Shown: one piece after another, positions 56,830 through 63,939 of the stretch
Position numbering within the stretch: position 1 is the first letter of the stretch
Layout: every line of letters begins with the position of its first letter
Source of the DNA: an uncultured virus (IMG/VR IMGVR_UViG_2061766007_000696)
Taxonomy: Duplodnaviria; Heunggongvirae; Uroviricota; Caudoviricetes
IMG/VR virus record: IMGVR_UViG_2061766007_000696
Direction: 5' to 3' (one strand)
Length of the DNA stretch: 63,939 nucleotides
The notes under the pieces: generated by a model
Databases searched by the model: none
Told to the model about the DNA's origin: nothing
What the model saw: only the letters and a program-made list of their open reading frames with translations
Made by a program: the position numbers and the translations under genes

Positions 56830-57144
56830 TTATTCCTCGCTATAAATCTTTTCAGCAATCTCAGTTCCTTTAACATCTAAAGTATGAAAATATGGTTTAT
56901 ATTCAACCTTTACCGTTCCATCAGGTAAAGTCTTTTCAACTTTTCGACCTTTACATTCAGGATTTTTACAAGCTAGAATATTAGTTCCATTAATCCAAGT
57001 CATTGGCTGATGACAAACAATACATGAATGTCTTTTTTCAAATCTTTCACGAAGTTCATCATTATTTTGTTTTTTAGGTTTTTTAACTGGAAAAGGTAAT
57101 TCTGCAAATGAGAAATATCTTATTCCATTTTTTTCTTCACGCAT
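56830..57144 (-). CDS. Zinc-binding hypothetical protein
   Basis: CIVCHQPM...CKNPEC; start MREEK with AAAGGAG. Confidence 0.65.
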   Translation of the reverse strand: MREEKNGIRYFSFAELPFPVKKPKKQNNDELRERFEKRHSCIVCHQPMTWINGTNILACKNPECKGRKVEKTLPDGTVKVEYKPYFHTLDVKGTEIAEKIYSEE

Positions 57145-57257
57145 AATTTTGTCTCCTTTTAAATTATAGAAAATTAAATTTCCATTTTCTTTATCACTTG
57201 TGGACAATATAAAAACTCTTAAAATGCAGCATTTATCTGCACTTTAAGAGTTTAATT

Positions 57258-59795
57258 TTAACTAGGGGTACACGTTTTCTGTAAAAAACAGTTTAAAAAC
57301 ATTTCTTTATTAACGTTATAAAGAACATTCATTAACATCATTTTGTTTTTGCTCGTTTGAGAGGATAATCCTTTTTCATTTTGTTTTAATGACGGAGTTA
57401 TTAAAAATGCTCTATTTAATAACCAAGAAAATACGCCAATATATTTTTTTCCAAGATTTAATTCTCTTATATTTTCAACTAATTCAATAAAATCCTCTCT
57501 TAATAATAAAAATTCCTCATCCTCAGACATATTTGTTTTAAAAATATTAAGACTATATTTTTCAATCCATTCCTCAACTCGTTTACTGATACGTTTATCA
57601 ATTTCTAAATTATGTAAAATAAAAAATTCAGACATAGGAAGAGTAGTAGTAGATGGATTTATTTTTCCAGGTTTTAAACCATACAAATATCCCATAGGAC
57701 TATGAAGATTATAATTTATTTTTTCCTCTTTAAAACCTTTTCTAATAATTAACCAAAATGGTGGATATCCATTCTGTTCAATGTTTATTTCAGCTTTTAA
57801 TCTTTGAATTTCCTCTGTTATATCTACCTCAAATGTACGTTTAGCACTATCTATAGCAGCTTGAGCTAATACGGATAAAATACAAACAGCGTCATCATAT
57901 TTTTTGTCTGCAAAATTATAACTGTATGTTAAAGCTATTTGAGCTAAGTTTGAACTTTCACCTATTTCTCTCTGTCTTGAAGCAACATTATTATCTACTT
58001 TAGCAAAGCTTAATAAAGAACTATCATAAATATTTTTACCTGCGGGTATATTATTAACAATAGTGGGATACTGTTTATAACAATATTCTGCATGAGCTAC
58101 TATATCTTTTTGATTAGTTACATAAATACTATCAGAATCCATGTCGCTGCCATTGTTTCTATCCTCAAAATCCGTATGTATCATATTTACAGCAATAATC
58201 AACTTTCCAAATTTAAAATATCTCTGCATATAAGGATGATAATGATTATGTAAATATCCTAAATTATTACGTCCATTGAAAGGGGATCTAAATTCTGCAA
58301 GATATTCATTATCTTTAAATCTTTCAGAATAACATTGAATTACACCATCCTCATATTCAAATGTTGGATCATCCTCAGGATTAAGACCAACACTATGCAT
58401 TAACATTCCATAAGGATTACCAACAATAGTGAGATTATCAGCATTTTGAATTAACCGACCATTTTTTAGCTGAATAAGATAATCAGAAATAATATGTTTA
58501 CGACGCTCTCTAAAATAATCGCATCTTTCAAATTCATGATTTTGTTCCCAAAGAGCAACAAGTACATCAAACCCATTTACAAAATTTGCATTACGTTTTA
58601 AAAAATCTATAAAGATTTCTGTATCAGTTTTTAATTCATTAATATACATAATGCTTTTAGCCATAACTTTATGAATAGTTCTTTCATCTAAAGCATTAAC
58701 CATTTGATAAGACATACGTTGAACATCACCAAGTTTTGATTCATGTGCGGTTTTAACTATTCCCCACATACATTCATTTTGTTGAACAATATCTGCCCAA
58801 TAATCAAAATCAACGTTAAATTTCAACCATTTAAATGCATTATTTGTTGTAATTAACTTTATATTTTTAACAGGAATTTCTCGTCCCCACATATCCTTTA
58901 CAGTAGCTAATTCATAATCACAACCAAAATAATCTTTAAAGAAAAGTTGTATATTACTTGCAAAAGCAGCACATTTGGTAAAATGTTGACGAAGTAATAT
59001 ATATCCATTTGCCCAAGTAGGAAAAATACTTAGATCAATAAGAGCTTGCCCATCAAATAAAGTATTTTTTACCTCATATTCAGAATAATATTTTGTGTAA
59101 CATTGTTGAAATTCATTTGTTTCAATAGCTATTGCATTTGTTTTAAAAAATGAATCATAATCTTTTAAACATAATATTTCCTCTGGTTTTATTTGAATTT
59201 TTCCTACGATTGTAGACGTGACAAGAGAAGAATAAGCACCAATTTCGACAATAGGGGCATTCTGTTTTGGAAGTTTTAAACCCATATATAAAAATTCACG
59301 AGCTTTTTTATATAAACGACTAGCTATAAACATGCATGTTCCTTTTTTAGCTTTACCAGGAGTTCTATACAACATTTTATAATGTATTTTCTTTTTACCT
59401 TTATTATAATAAATATCTAAACCCTCTGTATAAAACTTTTCACGAATTTCCTCAGCAGAGATTTTATTAAATTTATTATAATTATTAAAAGCTTGTTCTT
59501 NNNNNNNNNNTATTTCATAATCTTGATCTTCATTTTCATAAATATCAAATTCAGTAAGACCTAAATGAACTAATTCCTCTGTAGCAGATCTTGTTCCATA
59601 TGCAAATTCAATACCAATAATATCTCGTGTACTTGAATTTTTATGAATATTTAATCCATTTTCTATAAGGAAATCTAAAAACAAACTATTTGTTAACATA
59701 GCAGGGGTACAATCATAATTATTACGAACCCCTAAAGAAACGGCATAAACAGAACCTGCTTGATAATTTAATATTTTATAACCAAATTCCCCCAT
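57258..59795 (-). CDS. YonO-like single-subunit (two-barrel) RNA polymerase
   Basis: FDGQALI, LLRQHFTKC, FRSPFN and NGSDMDSD (DxDxD) motifs; ~845 aa; upstream of SPbeta-like late operon. Confidence 0.85.
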   Translation of the reverse strand: MGEFGYKILNYQAGSVYAVSLGVRNNYDCTPAMLTNSLFLDFLIENGLNIHKNSSTRDIIGIEFAYGTRSATEELVHLGLTEFDIYENEDQDYEIXXXXEQAFNNYNKFNKISAEEIREKFYTEGLDIYYNKGKKKIHYKMLYRTPGKAKKGTCMFIASRLYKKAREFLYMGLKLPKQNAPIVEIGAYSSLVTSTIVGKIQIKPEEILCLKDYDSFFKTNAIAIETNEFQQCYTKYYSEYEVKNTLFDGQALIDLSIFPTWANGYILLRQHFTKCAAFASNIQLFFKDYFGCDYELATVKDMWGREIPVKNIKLITTNNAFKWLKFNVDFDYWADIVQQNECMWGIVKTAHESKLGDVQRMSYQMVNALDERTIHKVMAKSIMYINELKTDTEIFIDFLKRNANFVNGFDVLVALWEQNHEFERCDYFRERRKHIISDYLIQLKNGRLIQNADNLTIVGNPYGMLMHSVGLNPEDDPTFEYEDGVIQCYSERFKDNEYLAEFRSPFNGRNNLGYLHNHYHPYMQRYFKFGKLIIAVNMIHTDFEDRNNGSDMDSDSIYVTNQKDIVAHAEYCYKQYPTIVNNIPAGKNIYDSSLLSFAKVDNNVASRQREIGESSNLAQIALTYSYNFADKKYDDAVCILSVLAQAAIDSAKRTFEVDITEEIQRLKAEINIEQNGYPPFWLIIRKGFKEEKINYNLHSPMGYLYGLKPGKINPSTTTLPMSEFFILHNLEIDKRISKRVEEWIEKYSLNIFKTNMSEDEEFLLLREDFIELVENIRELNLGKKYIGVFSWLLNRAFLITPSLKQNEKGLSSQTSKNKMMLMNVLYNVNKEMFLNCFLQKTCTPS

Positions 59796-59811
59796 AAGTT
59801 CTCCTTTCAGA

Positions 59812-59851
59812 AAAAATAAAAAAAATCGAACACCCAACAAAGAGTGCTCGA
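59812..59851 (-). terminator. Intrinsic terminator just upstream of the RNAP gene
   Basis: TCGAGCACTC-TTTGTT-GGGTGTTCGA followed by long T run. Confidence 0.65.
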
Positions 59852-59885
59852 CTTTATTATATTATACATCTAATATTGTATATTA

Positions 59886-60717
59886 TCAAATGCTATTATA
59901 CATATTTTCCAATACACCACTCAACAATCCTTTTGTATTTGGATTCTTTTCATTCTCAACCCAATACAAAGTGTCTATTACAGTAGGATTTCTATGAATA
60001 ATCTCACCGTATTCTTTTCTATATTGATCAATACAAAGTCCATATTGAGAATCGAGTAATTTATATGCATTACTAAGAATGACATTTCTATCTTGTCTCG
60101 TTTTGTTATGAATGGTATCTACTAAACCATTAATTTCTGAATACCAATCAGCTGCTTTAACTCGTTCTTTAAACTCTGGCATTTCTATTGGTGTTTTTAA
60201 AGTTTTGCCAAGAAGTTTAATAAGCGAATCAATCTGTTCACTCTGTTTACGAATAATTCCAACATAAGCATTTCTATCTGCTGTAAGAACTTCTAAAAAT
60301 GGATTGCTATCTTTAATAGGTTCTACCTGCGGTTTTAATGTAATCATTTGTGGACGAGTTTCCGTTTTTGCTACAGCTGTCTGCCTAAAATTTTTATTTA
60401 TAAAAGATTCAGAACATTCTGCTCCCATCATTTTCTGATAACCGGATTTTGTGATAAATATCATCCCCATTGGATATCCACCTGTTCCTCTTAATGATGT
60501 AGGTAAATCCATAACTTTTTCATGAGATAATCTGAAGTAATCAATATCTGGTGTACATGTTTTAAATANNNNNNNNNNCTTCATGAGATAATCTGAAGTA
60601 ATCAATATCTGGTGTACATGTTTTAAATAGCAATTTACGAACGGTTTCTTTAGTAAAATGATGCTCCTTTCCAATCTCAACTGTTGTTACAACCTCAACA
60701 TTTTTGTACTTTTTCAT
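59886..60717 (-). CDS. ORF6N-like antirepressor/DNA-binding protein
   Basis: DYFRL...MIFITKSGYQKM; start MKKYKNV recovered after collapsing the duplicated contig overlap at 60519-60629. Confidence 0.55.
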
Positions 60718-60741
60718 GCTTTTTTACCCCTTATATTTTTT

Positions 60742-61605
60742 TTAGTATGGCATATATCTTTCTGCCAATTCATTATACAAATATTCAAATGCTTCTCTTA
60801 AATCATCATATCTTGAAATAACATTGAGTTTCCAAATACGGTCGCCTTTGTGACTTCTATGATAATCTCCAACATATTCGTAGAAATTAAAACCGCATCT
60901 AGGTTTGAGTTCTGCAATTAGTTTATTAACAAGTTCGTCATAAGATATATCCATATATTCTGCAAGAGTGTGTAGCTTCTCGCCCATTTCTGTAGCCCAG
61001 GGTGAATCCTGTCCGTCAGGAACTAAAATGCCTGATTCAAAAGTGGAAATAAGCCCCAAAGATTTTTGAGCAGTTTCAAGAGATTTTTTAGCTGTCTCAT
61101 TTACCTCAAAAATCTGTTTTGCCATATTTTCTTGATTAGTTTCAAATAAAGCCAATTGTCCTTTAAAAGATTCTAATAACTGATTTTGGATTCTGAAGCC
61201 ATTGTCAATATATTCTTTTAACTGCGCAAGTTTGGCGAGGGTATTATTTTCAATATGAGTATAATAATCCCGAACCTCAGCACCTCGTTCATTGTGAGCA
61301 AGAAGCGCAAAACGTTTTGCAAGTTCTCCTGAGATGAGATAATCCTGGGTAGGATGTGGCTGAACCCTAGTATCTGTACGTTCTTCCGTCGGAAGAACGA
61401 GAGTATTCAAGGGTTTGAAGTCTGTATATTCTTCGAAAACTGCATTTTTGCTGAGATTACGCTCAACCCATCTTGAATAATTTTGAGGAGAATATCCGAG
61501 AAATTCGTATAATTTCTTTACGGATACCCAACCATTTTCGTCCATTTCAAGGGCATTTTCTAAAGGTGTTCTTAATTTGTTTTGTGTTGATAGTTCATTT
61601 TGCAT
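60742..61605 (-). CDS. AntA/AntB-type antirepressor
   Basis: TPLENALEMDENGWVSVKKLYEFL...YSRW...QDYLIS.ELAK...AEVRDYY. Confidence 0.8.
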   Translation of the reverse strand: MQNELSTQNKLRTPLENALEMDENGWVSVKKLYEFLGYSPQNYSRWVERNLSKNAVFEEYTDFKPLNTLVLPTEERTDTRVQPHPTQDYLISGELAKRFALLAHNERGAEVRDYYTHIENNTLAKLAQLKEYIDNGFRIQNQLLESFKGQLALFETNQENMAKQIFEVNETAKKSLETAQKSLGLISTFESGILVPDGQDSPWATEMGEKLHTLAEYMDISYDELVNKLIAELKPRCGFNFYEYVGDYHRSHKGDRIWKLNVISRYDDLREAFEYLYNELAERYMPY

Positions 61606-61650
61606 ACTTTCCCTCCCATATAACACTAAAGTTTAGTAAATATAATACTA

Positions 61651-62463
61651 TTAGTATTTAATATTGTCAATTAAGGATAAATCCTTAATCTTATCAAGAT
61701 AAGCAGAATCTATCTTGGATTCAGCCTTACAATACTTATTATGTTCCATAACATACTTGCGAATTTCTGCAACCTCCTCACGAGAATAAGGCGAGGGATT
61801 CCCGGTAGCTACCTGCTTAGAAAGATAGTTGAATTTTGCCATGAGGGAACGATGTTTGTTTGTTTTATTATCTTGTTCAATATAACCGTGGCTTTTAGCC
61901 CACATATCTATAAATTCTTTATCTTCATATTTCCCAATTATATTTGGCAGATAGTTAAAATGATTAGATTTAAAAATATAAATAATGCCAAGATTCTCTA
62001 AGTTTGTAATATAATTAGAAATTGTTTTAGTAGTTGTATTTAGTATTTGGGCATAGTAATCATAAGTACAAGTACTGCCTCTATACATAATATTCTTGTT
62101 TGTAGTAACGAGAATAATACAATAAAGCCAGAACATATTAATATAATATGAATATTTGGAAGAAATTAGCGCAGATACTATATAATCAGAAACCATAATA
62201 AATGTATCTGGCTGTTTTGTTATTAACTGTGTTTTATATACTTTGTCTTCATATGAAATAATCTGATCAGGAAAAAGAGAGGATAATATTTTTGTGCTCT
62301 TTTTGATTTCCTTTATTTTACGAAGAGGATTACCATATAATTCTCCTGCAATATTATAACAAGTGATAANNNNNNNNNNAGAATACATTCCGTAATAGGT
62401 TAAAAGATCATTACCTATTATTGTAGGATTTAATATTAATGATTTAGGTATTAAAATAAACAT
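61651..62463 (-). CDS. Winged-HTH protein (replication initiator-like or regulator)
   Basis: TYDYYAQILNTTTKTISNYITNLENLGIIYI. Confidence 0.55.
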   Translation of the reverse strand: MFILIPKSLILNPTIIGNDLLTYYGMYSXXXXITCYNIAGELYGNPLRKIKEIKKSTKILSSLFPDQIISYEDKVYKTQLITKQPDTFIMVSDYIVSALISSKYSYYINMFWLYCIILVTTNKNIMYRGSTCTYDYYAQILNTTTKTISNYITNLENLGIIYIFKSNHFNYLPNIIGKYEDKEFIDMWAKSHGYIEQDNKTNKHRSLMAKFNYLSKQVATGNPSPYSREEVAEIRKYVMEHNKYCKAESKIDSAYLDKIKDLSLIDNIKY

Positions 62464-63759
62464 TGTTGTGACCCCCTCCCCCATTTTTTGATGCCAAATT
62501 GGACTATANNNNNNNNNNNNNNNNNNNNNNNNNNNNNNNNNNNNNNNNNNNNNNNNNNNNNNNNNNNNNNNNNNNNNNNNNNNNNNNNNNNNNNNNNNNN
62601 NNNNNNNNNNNNNNNNNNNNNNNNNNNNNNNNNNNNNNNNNNNNNNNNNNNNNNNNNNNNNNNNNNNNNNNNNNNNNNNNNNNNNNNNNNNNNNNNNNNN
62701 NNNNNNNNNNNNNNNNNNNNNNNNNNNNNNNNNNNNNNNNNNNNNNNNNNNNNNNNNNNNNNNNNNNNNNNNNNNNNNNNNNNNNNNNNNNNNNNNNNNN
62801 NNNNNNNNNNNNNNNNNNNNNNNNNNNNNNNNNNNNNNNNNNNNNNNNNNNNNNNNNNNNNNNNNNNNNNNNNNNNNNNNNNNNNNNNNNNNNNNNNNNN
62901 NNNNNNNNNNNNNNNNNNNNNNNNNNNNNNNNNNNNNNNNNNNNNNNNNNNNNNNNNNNNNNNNNNNNNNNNNNNNNNNNNNNNNNNNNNNNNNNNNNNN
63001 NNNNNNNNNNNNNNNNNNNNNNNNNNNNNNNNNNNNNNNNNNNNNNNNNNNNNNNNNNNNNNNNNNNNNNNNNNNNNNNNNNNNNNNNNNNNNNNNNNNN
63101 NNNNNNNNNNNNNNNNNNNNNNNNNNNNNNNNNNNNNNNNNNNNNNNNNNNNNNNNNNNNNNNNNNNNNNNNNNNNNNNNNNNNNNNNNNNNNNNNNNNN
63201 NNNNNNNNNNNNNNNNNNNNNNNNNNNNNNNNNNNNNNNNNNNNNNNNNNNNNNNNNNNNNNNNNNNNNNNNNNNNNNNNNNNNNNNNNNNNNNNNNNNN
63301 NNNNNNNNNNNNNNNNNNNNNNNNNNNNNNNNNNNNNNNNNNNNNNNNNNNNNNNNNNNNNNNNNNNNNNNNNNNTACCTATTTTTTATGGGGATTGAGC
63401 GAACTTAAAATCGAAATAAGGAATTAAAGGATAGAAATCAGGTTGAGGTATTTATAAGGGGATTGGGAGAAAAAAATAAATAAGAGGATTTAAAAAGAAA
63501 TGAGAGGAAAAAAGAAAAGAGGGTTGTAACTAAAAAACGATAAAAAATGAATATTTTATTGTAGTTTATGAATTAATAGGCTTAACCGGCGCGCCGCTTT
63601 TCCAGGTGATTAATTGCGAAATATACCCCCCATACCCTTAAATAGATATTTTATTGTATTATTTTATAAACAATACATAAGTATGCTAGTATATAGGTAC
63701 AACAAGTCAGTCACAAAACAACTTAATAAAAAGCAAACAAGCGTTTGCAAACATACGTT

Positions 63760-63817
63760 CGGTCAATAATTGACCGCGGTTACAATCAATTTTTCAAAGT
63801 CGGTCAATGATTGACCG
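63760..63817. promoter_or_regulatory. Two copies of a 17-bp palindromic operator CGGTCAA-N3-TTGACCG
   Basis: 63760-63776 and 63801-63817, the second abutting the AAGGAGG RBS. Confidence 0.8.
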
Positions 63818-63830
63818 CAAGGAGGTTATT

Positions 63831-63939
63831 ATGTTAACAAACAAATTATTTAAACTCACTAATGTTAAAGTTGAAGCTCTTGTTGAAAAGTACCACAAGC
63901 TCGATAATATCGAGTGTGACGCGCTTTTTGGTAAATGTG
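63831..63939 (+). CDS. First gene of divergent (probably early) unit, truncated by window
   Basis: AAGGAGG RBS, MLTNKLFKLTNVKVEALVEKYHKLDNIECDALFGKC. Confidence 0.65.
   Translation, partial: MLTNKLFKLTNVKVEALVEKYHKLDNIECDALFGKC

Noticed and set aside
60519..60629. 50-bp direct repeat flanking a 10-N gap
   Set aside because: Unmerged contig overlap; collapsing it restores a single reading frame
62488..63408. Long ORFs in ORF track
   Set aside because: Almost entirely N
1..63939. CRISPR array, diversity-generating retroelement, retron or intein
   Set aside because: No spaced direct-repeat array, reverse transcriptase motif or intein splice motifs seen by eye; N gaps could hide small elements

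Overview
AT-rich, gapped (many N runs) 64-kb segment of a large SPbeta-like tailed phage, probably of a Clostridia/Lachnospiraceae-type host (inference from gene families and sigma-A promoters). Almost everything is on the minus strand. Reading right to left: HTH and antirepressor genes, a YonO-type single-subunit RNA polymerase, PIN-PhoH, ClpP-like protease, phosphoesterase, tRNA cluster, terminase, portal, endolysin, prohead protease/scaffold, capsid, head-tail genes, tail tube, RuvC, holins, an uncharacterised 6-gene cassette, a ~4,800-codon tape measure protein, Dit, a large tail protein, BppU and a fibre. I could place six group I introns at nucleotide resolution, and each restores the reading frame. 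(i) A TnpB IStron without TnpA but with an HTH gene sits in the tail gene. (ii) Two introns interrupt the tape measure gene, one with a non-canonical C at the 5' splice site. (iii) Three tandem introns in one head-tail gene are separated by 18-nt and 8-nt micro-exons. The most unusual item is a complete type I toxin-antitoxin-like module nested antisense in the P6 loop of one intron, with a free-standing paralogue 9 kb away that shows covarying RNA structure. The tape measure protein also carries three ADP-ribosyltransferase-like domains and a JAB motif. All family assignments come from motif reading, not database searches.
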